Source of the DNA: a virus | Lineage: Duplodnaviria > Caudoviricetes | IMG/VR virus record: IMGVR_UViG_3300033067_001837 | Coordinates: 32,001 to 96,000 of that record | Reading direction: 5' to 3' (one strand) | Length of the DNA: 64,000 nt | In this document: positions 1-11,500 of the stretch, one piece after another | Position numbering within the stretch: position 1 is the first letter of the stretch | Layout: each line of letters begins with the position of its first letter | Notes under the pieces: generated by a model | What the model was told of the DNA's origin: nothing | The model's input: only the letters and a program-made list of their open reading frames with translations | The model's database searches: none | Position numbers and translations under genes: made by a program

Positions 1-2500
1 GCGTTACTGTAATCGCCCTGGGTGAAAGCAATCGCTTTATAGGCGTAATCCTGAGCGATGCGATGCGCCTCTTCGCGGGGTTTATCCTTCAACTGTTCGC
101 GCATCAGACGATAAGCGGCAATCGCGGTCACTTCGCGGTTCGCGACTTCGGAATGATGGAACAGGAACGCGCCGGTCTTCATCGTTAAATCCCACAGACG
201 ACTGGCCTTACCCTGCCAGTTATCCCGCATCTGCCAGCTATCCTCACCCAGACCCGCTAACTGCGTCGTGGCGGAACGCGATACCCGTCCAGAACGCTCC
301 AGGAACTCCATAAGGCGGCCCATATCGCCCTGATACTCACCGCCCAGGATTTCCATTCCGGCAGCCTCTAATGGGCTAATAGCGCGGTCTATGGTGTAAC
401 CCTGAGCCTCCAGGGCTTTAATCGCTTGTTGATACTCCGCTTCATCCGTATAAGTGGAATACTTCACCTCATTCTGCGAAATCCCGTTCGCATCCGGTAC
501 GGTGCGGCTGGCTTTCAACGCCATCGGCGGTTTCAACGGATTGACACCCATCTTCCGCCAGCGATTCAAGACGCTGGAATAATCGTACATCGCTTTATGA
601 ATTGCGCCGAACGCGGCCCCACCGCCAAATTTGGACGCCAGTTCCGGGAAGGTCATCAGTGGCAACTGTGACAAGTTCACCATCGCCGTTGAGGGATTCG
701 TGAGGTGCCAGATAAAGCCCAGAGCGGTCAGACGGTTCGCCCAGGTCGCATTGGTGGGATTCATTAACCAGTCGTAGGACTTAATCAGTTCATTCAGAAT
801 TGCGCCAGCTTTTGCTTGATCATTTTCATGGGCCGATAGTCCCGTAACTTCTCGCTCCATCTGATAAAGTTGTTCCGACAGCACGTCCGCATAGCGTAGT
901 CGCGCTATCATGTTTGCGGAACCGTTCATAAACCTCCCGTAGGCCCGCAGCGCATCCCGGTTATAACCAAAGATGCCCTTGCGCCGCAGCAGGTGTTTCC
1001 GCACCGATAAGTCGGGCAAATTCTCCAGATAGAGATCGTACAGCGACTGTTTCAGCGCATCCCGTTCTTTCGGGTTGCGTACCGATTCATCAATGAACTG
1101 GTACATTTCACCCACGAACGTCCCACTGGGGGCAGACTCAATCTTGTCGCGTATGATCTGGTAATCTGTGTTGACTGTCCAACCGGCCTTTTCGAGTAAC
1201 TGGCGAGCCTGCTTCTGTTCGTGGATCGTCTCGAATTTCGAGAATGCCACTTCCTTCTCCAGCTTCGGCTGACCTGCCTCATCCAAGACCGGCTGTCCGG
1301 TACGCTTATTAATTTGCGGAATCATCCGTTCGGCAAAGACTTCGTACTTTCCATAGCGGGTCAGCGGGACATACGGCTGCCGACCTCGAGCAGCTTCAGC
1401 GTACAACTGAATCGACGCCATCATATTCTCTTGCCGGGCCTTGAACGCATAGTTCATAGCGCGATACAGCATTTGGGCATCTTCAGGGAGTTGCACCAAT
1501 TCAGCCCGCATCGCCGCGTGTTCTTCCGGCACAAAGGACTTCTGCGAGACCCGATCTACCAGGACGTTAATCGCCCGGCGTTGTGAACTGACAATCAAAT
1601 TTTCCAGCTTCCCGTAGGTCGCTCGATCCCGATCCATCAGTTCCCGCATCCGGGCCGCATGGGGTAGCTCATCGATCTTACGGCGCAACTGATAAAGCGC
1701 TTTCTGCTCATTGGAGAGCGTTTGATAGGTATTCTTCGCCTTTAAAATAGCTGAAGGATCAATTGGGCCGACCGGATCACTGATCTTGAAGCTTATCCCC
1801 GGTGAGTAGCGTTCCCCACGCTTAAACAACCGATACAGCGCCTCCACGACCGTCTTATCCTTGAGGGCTGCTGTCGCCCACTGCTGTTGAAGCTGCGCTG
1901 CCTCGGCCACATCCGCGTGATTATCGGCCATCCGCTTGGCGCGTTCCATCGTCACCCGAACCATCCCATAACCGGCCCGTCCCACTCGCTCCTTCATGGC
2001 GGCATACTTCATGTCATTGACGGACTGATAATTCTCAAACACCCGCTGTACCATATCCGCCAAAATAGGACTTTGCTTTTTCAGTTCCACAATCTTTTGC
2101 GTCAGCACCCCATACCAGCGCACTCGTTCAGCATAGGTGTAATCCGTGTCATCAATCTCACGGGGCGGGAGCGGTTTCGTAGGATCAATGCTGTGTAGCG
2201 TCGATCCATGAAGAATGTAGTCGAACAGATAAGCCGTCTGCCGATTACGCCCGGCCTCGCGCTGCCACTGTGGCACTAGACCATCGTACATATCGCGCTT
2301 AATGCGGCTCTTGGCACCGTCAATCAGTGAAGCAGCGTTCTCAAAGAACTCGGCAGACGGTAGCAACGTCCGTCCCAGTGCCGGGATTTTTCGGCTGGCG
2401 AGTTCAACTAACTGCTGGCGGGTCATCAGCCCCAACCCACGATTAAACCAGTCACGACCTTTATCCCACAACTTCTCCATCGTGAACGGGTCGGGCTGCT
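1..2500 (-). other. PLxRFG-like helical C-terminal region of the giant ORF
   Basis: PYVPLTRYGKY (~1345-1377), RKHLLRRKGIFGY, STAMVNLSQ, SEVANREVTAIAAYRL and TQGDYSN resemble C-terminal regions of large polyvalent phage proteins. Confidence 0.65.
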
Positions 2501-5500
2501 GGTCAAGAATCAACTGGCCAATATCGTCGTTGATGGATTGAGGGGTTGGAAGGGAGTAGCGGATGTCGGAATTAACGCTTAACGCCGTTCTGAAATTCGA
2601 CTGTAGCACCACATCCTTATCGGCGATGCCATCTCGGAACATCGTATTACGGTAAGGCGGGGTCGCTTGCCGTTCTTCCGGCGTCATCTCCAGACGGCTT
2701 GCGGTATCGCGAGCTTCAATTTCTCCAAAATTGCGCTTATAAAGCCCACCAGGACCCCATTTACTAATTTCAAGTGTAAGATTATTTTCTATTTTTACGG
2801 CAGCTTTACGTTTTTCTTCTGCATTCGCACGCTCTTGGCTACCGCGTGGCAGACTATCGCGTAGTCTGGCGAATTTAGTCTTATTGGTTCGCGCCTTTTT
2901 CTGCTGCTTGGTCAGTAGTTCAATCTCGCGCTTGGCGCGTTCGATAACTTCATAATCCTTTTTGAAAAATAAATCATCCTCATCATACAGTGACGAACTT
3001 GCTCCGGGGCTATGGCCTTCTATCGCCTGTACCGCGTGCTGCAATTCATGGATCAATGTCTTCTTAGCGTCTTCATACGTATGCGCCCTAATGTTAATCC
3101 GTTGATCGTTCCGGCCATATGAACCGCCTGCATCATGTATATTCGGATTAATGGTGAGATTAACATTTATACCCTGGAGTTGTGGATAATCAGAAAACAA
3201 TTGTGGATGAGAAACGATTTGCTCTAGTTGAGTCTGAATGCGATTTAGTGTTTCAGGCTGCTGTTGAATCCAGTCCGCGTTGAACGAAAAATCGCTATCG
3301 TCGATTTCAAATCTCCAACGATTATCGAATCCCTTGAACCAGCCTGTTTCCTTGCGTACCGTCTCTGCATCTTCACCGCTCTCAACTCGTTGTTTCGCTT
3401 GTTGCAGTAGCGGCTGATTCGCCGTAGTGGCTCGCACACCCGCATAGCTCTGCACCACGCTCTTTTTCCCGGAAAACACCCAGCGGCTCGTTGCCTCTTC
3501 ACCCTGATTCAGCTTCGCCTGAGATTCCCGCGCAAATTGCAGCACGTCGGTCATCGTTAGCGAGTTCACGAAGTCCTTGGCTAAACCGAATCGTCTCAAT
3601 ACCGCTTTAATCAAGTGCAGCAGCTTGTTCGTTGCCGCCAGCAACAGCCCGATCTTCTCATGCAGTCCGCGTTCAACAGTGACCGCAAAGATTTCACTGG
3701 CGCGATCCAGCTTACTTAAACCAGGCTGAGACGCATCGACTTGTGCGGCAATGGAACGAATTTCGCGATTATCGACCTTCTCCAGACGATCCAGTGCGTT
3801 CAGTACTTGAACGAACTCGGAAGAATCACGAAGATTCTGTGATGACCAATGACCTACAACCTCATGGGATAATACCTCTCTCGCTCTATCTAAAGAAGCA
3901 AGATTATCGGCAATTAGATAAATCTGATTGCTGCGTAAATCATAGAAACCTTCGGCGCGGGGGTCATTGAGGCGTTCCTGTAGGTCAGTAGACAGATCGG
4001 AAACGGACTGAACCACGTTCACCGTCAACCCGGCTCGTTGCCAAGCGACTCGATGCGGGTCAATCAGTTTTTCGACCCCAGAAGCAGAAACCCCGGAAGG
4101 GGCCGGGGTCTGTGGATTCGATTTGGAGTAAACCATGCCCGCAACGGGCGTTCCTGTTAAGCCTTCACGCAACTGTTGTACAACATCCGCCAGTAATCTT
4201 CTGGATTCTCCCACCCCTTCTCCGCTTCTTGATGAAAGGGTAAGCAGATAAGCTGTTCTCTTAAGCGTCGCGCTCCCTGCCTGCGCCGCTCGCGCTCCTG
4301 GGGACTCAGCGAGTGTTGTGAACAAATCTTCTCCAAACGCTCGCCCGGTGTCAGTGTTGATAAATCTTCTGTTTTCGAAGTCATAGCGAATCGCCTTTAA
4401 ATCAGGAACGTTCTCCAGTATATTCTGATTCGACTTTTCAATCAATGACTGGAAATCAGCTTCATCATTTCCTTTCCACTGAATGCCTTGTTTTTCATGC
4501 GGCCACAGGTGCTTGGTCGTACCATGTTTAATAGCTGACGCCAGCATATTCTCGGTGCGTCGGTAAACCGCAATATCGGTGAGTCCCATCGGGTCTCCGA
4601 TAAATACGAGGCCATTATTAGCAGCATAATCAGAGACGGCAGCATAGAAACGACTTCCTTGACCGCCCTCTTTCAGATTGGAGACGTTAATCCAAACGGA
4701 TTGCTTGCGCCGCATTACATAGCCGTGTCTTGTTTCTGAAACTCCACTTTCATCAGTATAAGGAACCCGAATCTCCCATGCCTGCTCAGCATCCACTTCT
4801 AGCGCTTCCGACTTCGGGAGTTCCCGGACAGTAAAATCGGGGACAACCTGCTGAAAGACCTCGGGTAGATTTTTGGAAGTAGCCTTCGGATTCTGGAACA
4901 GCGCCGGGTCTTGCGCCAACAAACGCAGGGCGGTCGTAACAATCTGAGGTTGTGGAGAATTAACGGTAGGCTCGATGATAGATGGGAGACTGTCAGAGCT
5001 AATGGACGGTAGGATAATCGGCTTTGGTTCAAACCCGCTGGCCGTCATCAGTTCTGGTTTCAGCAACGCTACCCAGCTTTCGCCGCCACTGGTGACATCC
5101 ACAGCGTCATAACCAGCGTCCAAAATCAGTTGAGTCAGTTCTGCTGTTAGCTCATCGCTTTGCTGTCCCCAAGTTTCGTCGGTAATCCCGATATTCAGAG
5201 CCGCCTGCTTGTTCAGCCGAATCCATGCGCTATCCGTAGACTCAATGGGCTGAAAGATGACTTCATCTTCCTGCAAGATCGGCAACACTTCTTCGTTGAC
5301 TATCAACGGATTGAGCGGTTGGCGATACTGAATTTTCTTGGTTTTCCCTAATGAGAAGAACGAAGCCGTCCCTTTCTTCTTGGCAATATACACGCCATGG
5401 CCTTCCGTGGCTCCGAAGCTGGGTCCGCCCTCTGGCATGACGCCACGATACCCGGTAACTTGGGGCTGTTGATCGTAAGCGTGTTCTTCCTGCCAGCGTT

Positions 5501-8500
5501 TAAATAACTGCTCTCCTTTCAGATGTACCCACTCTCGATCTGCGGCAGGAGTTCCGGTATACAGTCGCTGACCGTTCGGCGCATCAGCGACCCAGGCACC
5601 GTTGTTCTGGTAGACCTTAACCGGCGACTCCAGAACCTGCAACTCGGTCGTCCCGTACTGAATGGCACGATATCCGCGTTGACGCGCTTCCTGGGCCACC
5701 AGGGTATCCATGGCTACACCCATCGCTTGATAGGGGTCGCCGGGGAGTTCTAACTCAGCGACCTTTTTCAGCCAGTCCGTTTTCGGGAACCATTTACTTG
5801 CTAATGCTTCGGATGGCAACCCTTCAAACGCCTCGACTTCGCTTTCCGGCACCACCAGTAACTCATTGGGCTGGAAGGTGAAGGTGTTTTCCACCATATC
5901 CGGCTGCGCGTCGGCATCCAGGAAGTAGAAGGTGCCTGCCTGAATCGCTCCGGTAGCCGGGCTACTGACTTTACGGTAAGCGGTTACTCGATTTCCTCCA
6001 ATAGTGACGGACGCTTTCTTTGCGGCGTTCATCGCGGCCCGACTAAACAGCGGTTGGCCCTGCATGACCGACGCTACCATGTCGGGTGTAATGTCGATAC
6101 TATGAACCGACTCTATCGCATTCACAGTGTTAATCTTGGTCTGACCGACCTGAGTGCCCCACTTCTTGATGTACTTATTGATTTCGTTAGGGATCGTCTC
6201 ATTATACAGACGCTTTAAAAATTTATCTCCACCCCCTTTGTACCTTTTTGATTGCTGCTCACCCGTTGTCCAAGCAACTTTATCATACCCGTTTTCTGTT
6301 GCGTATCTCAGCATCCGCTTAAAGACAAGACCGGCCCAGCCGGAAAGAGTCTGTCCAGACCCTGTAATAGTTTGCTTAAAGGGAGCATTAGGGACTCCAT
6401 CTGCAATCTCATTTGCATCTTGTGCTGCTAATGCGATAGCTTCTTCTGGAGAATAAGCGAGATAGTGTACTTCACGTCCGGCACTTCTTCCTTCTGCGTC
6501 AGTTACATAATAGTTATGTTTGTTTTCTGGGGGTGCATTTGGGTTGGAATCAATAGCCGTCCATCCAGTTGTATCTGTTGTAAGTAATATATACCCCCTA
6601 TCCTTCCCCTCCTGATGTCTCTTGCTTTGAATCTCCTCAATAAACAATACCTGCTTTCCATTTTCATCAGTACGATCATTAAACCTTACCCATGCAATAG
6701 CCCGCCCATCTGCTATATCACCATAATGTGTTTCGTCTGTAGTATAGGGTTCAATGTTGGGATTTGTTATAACTAACTCCCGTTGATTTTTTCCACCAGG
6801 TAAAGTCCATTTTGTATTTCTATTTTGGCTGAGCTTGTATTCATTTATTAACTCAGGATAACGCTTTTCTAGAGCATCGTAATGATACGATCCATCTACA
6901 TAATTATTATTTTCATCAAAAATTTCCCAAAAACCTGTATCAACCCTATACTTTACTCTATTACTTGGAATTCCAAACTCAGTTTCTTCCACCTGAATCT
7001 CATTGCTCCGCACAAACGCCAACACATCCTCTTTCGGCACCAGCGTTTTCTGTCCGCGCAGCCATTCCAGCGTTCCCGTCCAGTCCAGTTCTTCCTGCTT
7101 CACCTGGCCTTTCTTCACCAAGTTTTCCAGGATCGACGCCCATTGCGGGCCAGGCGCTTTCTTTTGCGAAAGGTCGTTAATAACCTTGGATAATCCCGAA
7201 TAGAACATCGGATTCGGCTGATCACCGCGTGAAATCGCCGCTTGATCCGCAATCTGCACGTCACCCCGAGCCGCCTTTCGTACCCCGGCCTGCGCCCAGT
7301 TCACCAGATCTTCCAGGGTCAGCTTAGACGCATTGATCGGGTAGCCGCGCTGAATGAACCAGCCACGCATAGTGTTGACCAGTCGCCGTAGGAAATCGGC
7401 GATCTTCGGGCTGATGGTCTTAGCGACCCACTCAATGAACTTCCCGTCTGCTACCTGGAAGTCCGCTAAACGGCCCTGAGAGACCGCTTCTTCTACCAAG
7501 TAAGCGGTGTACTCCTTGGGATCGTTCGTGGCACCAGCGGCCTCCAGGCGGGCATACACGCGATTTAGGAATTGACGTAGCGCCGGATTCTTCTCCTGCG
7601 CCGGATTCTTCACCAGTTTCATCGCCGCCGCGTCAACATCGGCCTGTTGCTGGCCGTGAATCATCTCATGCAGCAGTACACTGGGCGCAGCTTCGGTAGA
7701 TAGATTCGGGAGAACCGCAAAGGTTAAACCGCTGCGGGGATCGAATATTCCAACCAATCGGCCATTACCACGAATTTCTTGAATAGCATCATCTTGTTGA
7801 CGCCCAGTCTTCTCCGCAAACACCCGTGCAATATCATCAACTTCTTTCGAGTTAATCAGCACCAGCCCGCCTTTCTGGCCTTTCTCGCCACGCGCTAGTA
7901 TCTTATCCAGCGCACCTGACAGGTGTGGGAATCGTTCACGGATGGCAGCAACGAATCCGGACTTTGACAGACCGGGGGCCGTGGCCTTAGTGCGAGATGC
8001 CTGAGCGCGTTGTCCCAGAATGTTATCCGCCGTCAAGCGACGGGTGGTGTCAGTGATTGCTCCTTTCACCACTGCCTGCTGATTATTCAGGCGTTCTTGC
8101 AGAATCTTCGCCCAACGGAAATCAAAGTCATCGGGCATATTATTGGCGAATAGCCAATGCACGTTCGCCTGGGATTTCAGACCGTACCGGGCGATGCGCC
8201 CGCTCACCTGTTCGAACTCAGACGCTTTATAAGGAATCGCGACGTTGTATTGGAAGGATGGACGGTTTCCGGTGGTATCATGCAGTGACAGCCCGGTTCC
8301 GCCCTTCGCCATTGTCGCAATCAAAATGCGGGGGCCAGTATTGGCTTGTTTCCAACTTTCACGATTCGTTGTGTTCTTCTGAGCGGTCAGCGCCCCAGTA
8401 TATTCCGCCACTGAACCTTTACCGAAAACAGGTTCAAGTAGTTCCATCATTGTTTTCACCGGCGATTCCAGCCGAGTCACCATGTCAGCGTTTTTAAACG

Positions 8501-11500
8501 CCTGTGCCATGTAGCGAGAATAAGCCGAAAAAAGTCCTTGGTTTTCAATGATCTGGTAAGGCATCCCGTCTGGTGAGAATTTAGTGACTTCCACCATTGC
8601 GCCCAAGGTGGATTTCCATTTATTCTCCAACTCCAGCATGTCGTCAATCGTAAACTGTTTATTTCTGATTTGATTAATCAGATACTTTAATGCGCCAATG
8701 GCTTGCGGTTTGTCGCCTTTAAATTTTTCGTTAGCTACTGCGGATAAAATGTCTGACCTTTCACCATTAATAGCCGCGTTAATTTTTGCTATAATCCGCT
8801 TTTCACCGGTGTCATCTGTAACATCATTCCAGATACCAAATGTACCTAATTCTAATGGAGCTTTTGCGCTCAAAAACACGACAGCCTTATTCGCCGGATT
8901 AGCTTGTAGGTCTTGTTCAATCATTCGCGCTGTGGGGGCCAGCTTACCGAACTCCGCTAACCGTTTTTTAGTATTTTCACGCTGCATCTTGATCATATCT
9001 TTAATGGGTGCCGCCTCTTCAGAGGGGTCAGCCATTGCCGCGTCAAACACACCAATAATCGGATTGTAGTACTTTTCGTAGAATTCGGCATCAATCGCAA
9101 CCGGCGTTAGATGGGTAATGCTCGCTTCCCGTCCGTCCGGTAAAGAACCAAGTTCAATCGGGCGATGAGACATTAAGTTACGGTCAACGAACCATTGGCG
9201 GGCTTTTTGTCCGGCTTCAAGCTGTTCAATCATAAACTCCAATTGAGCCGCTTCAAATAAACGAATACTGGCTAACCGTTCTTCTTGGCTGAGTTTTGGG
9301 TCAGCAATAAAGGTCGGTGAAGCGGGCCATTTAATAGTTAAACGAGGTTCGGCATTCCTTTTCTTGCGATCCTTGGTCAACTGAATATCTGCGCCATGTT
9401 CAATCGCCCAAATTTGGAAACCGTTTAGCGGTAAATCTTTATAGAGGATATTCTCACGCTTGGCGAGTTCGTCATAATCACTAAACAAACCACTATTAGC
9501 GAGGTATTCAGATTCACTAGGGGTTTCAAATGGGGTAGCGCTGGAATAGAAGGTAAACTTGGCGCGGCGCATTAATTCTCCGGCGTTGTTTGCGCCTTCG
9601 CTGCCGTCGATAATGTTTTTAACCTTATGGGCTTCATCAAAAATCAGAACCGTATCCTTATTAACCACAATCCGTTGCTCATCTTCACCGCCAAACTCAA
9701 TCGTACTATGGCTTTTATAGTGAGTAACTCTGGCATTGCGCGGATTTTGAATACGGGCGTAGGTAATAATATCGACTCGCGGATCATTAATCCCATAATC
9801 CGGTAAATCCTGCTGACGGACTTGGTCAATCAAAGCATTGCTGTTGGTAAAGTACAACACTCGAGCATCCGGGGAGCGCGCCAGAATTTCCTTAATTAGT
9901 CCACCGATCACAAATGTCTTACCACTACCAGGATCGGAAGACAGCATAAACGCCGGTTTCTTCTCGTAATTCGCTAATGCCTTACCAATATCTTCGATCT
10001 GCCAGTCTACCACCTGGCGCGGCATAAACTCTAATCCGCGTTCGATAAGACCAACGGTGTCCTGGCTAACTTGGCTGCGATAATCTTTTGTACGGGGAGA
10101 TTCAGTCCCCATGCTGACTCGATCACCTGATCCGGTATCTCCACGAGCGAGAGTTCGGATTCTTCCGCGTAACTGGTCAAGTACTGCATTACTGCTTGCT
10201 CGACGAGTTCCGGTTGCTCCTGTTTCAGTAAATATAGTTCCTCGGGAGACAGGGATTCCGAGGTTTTGGGCAATGGCATAAGCAAGTCCTTCTTGAATGG
10301 CTTGTTGGCGATATTCGACATCCGTCACCATACGATTCGCAATTTTCTTTATTTGCGATTGTATCGGCACACTGAAAGGATCGGATTTTAAATACTTATG
10401 AAAGATCGCCTCAACAAAAGCCGTGGTTTTATTCTTGAACGGCCCGAACGCATAGGTTTTTTTATCAAAGCGAGGACGGAAATAGAAGCCGGTTTCCTTG
10501 TCAAAATGGCGGGGTTGGTTCCATGGAGCTAATTCAGAATTTACTAAAATAGGTATCGTTTCGTTAGTTTCCGGCAACGTCACTAATACGGCATCGCCCA
10601 CGGAAAACGCCCATTCCCATTGACGATTTATAGTGGTTTCGACACCCCGTTCCTTGAGAATTTCCGCAACCGTTTTCGGAGCAACAACGGCTTCGGTAGC
10701 AGGAGCAGATGTGGGTTTCGTGGCTGGAGGTACGACCGTTTCAGCCTGCATGTCTTCAATAAAACGAACGACATAGGGCTGCATCCGCTTAACCATTTCT
10801 GGGTCTTTAAAGCGATCCAGCAACGCCCGGATCACCAGGCGCATCGCTTCACGAATATCCTCAGCGGCATTTTTGAAGTGAGCGATAGCCGATTGAAACA
10901 GCGGCTTAGCCTTGGCGTAAGTTTCCTCATCGAACGTCGGATTCATGGACAACCGACCATTCCCGCCAAATAATTCGGCCAGCGCATCCAGGGTATCGCT
11001 CAGACCTTTAGCGGTTTCACGAATAGCAGAAGCTGCAACTTGTCCAGCAGTCGGTTGTGGCTCGGGGGTAGGGGCAGGTTTGGGTTGTTTTTCATCCTGA
11101 TCTTTTGCGACCTCTTGATTAAGCAGGTCATCAAACATGGCATTAAGATCGGTTTCCGCTAGTGTTGGTGCAACGTCTTTCGGGGTAGCTTTAGGCGATT
11201 CAGTCGGTTTAGGCGCTTTAGCTTCTTTAGGCGGTGGGTTTAAAATGTCATCTGCATTCGGCAAATTCTCGGTTTCCAGAACCTCATCAGCTTCGGCATC
11301 CGGCACCGCATTTTCCTGTGGCGGTTGCGCCATAAGTAGCGTCTCTCCATCCGGGAAGGTCACGGTTTCCAGAGTATAGTATTTCAGCGCATCCTGGGCG
11401 GCGGGCGAGAGTTGCGACTTGAGACGCTCCAGGTCTTCGGCGATAAACGACTCGTTATTCTCAATCGACTCTTCATAATAAGTGAGTGTTATTTTATCGC

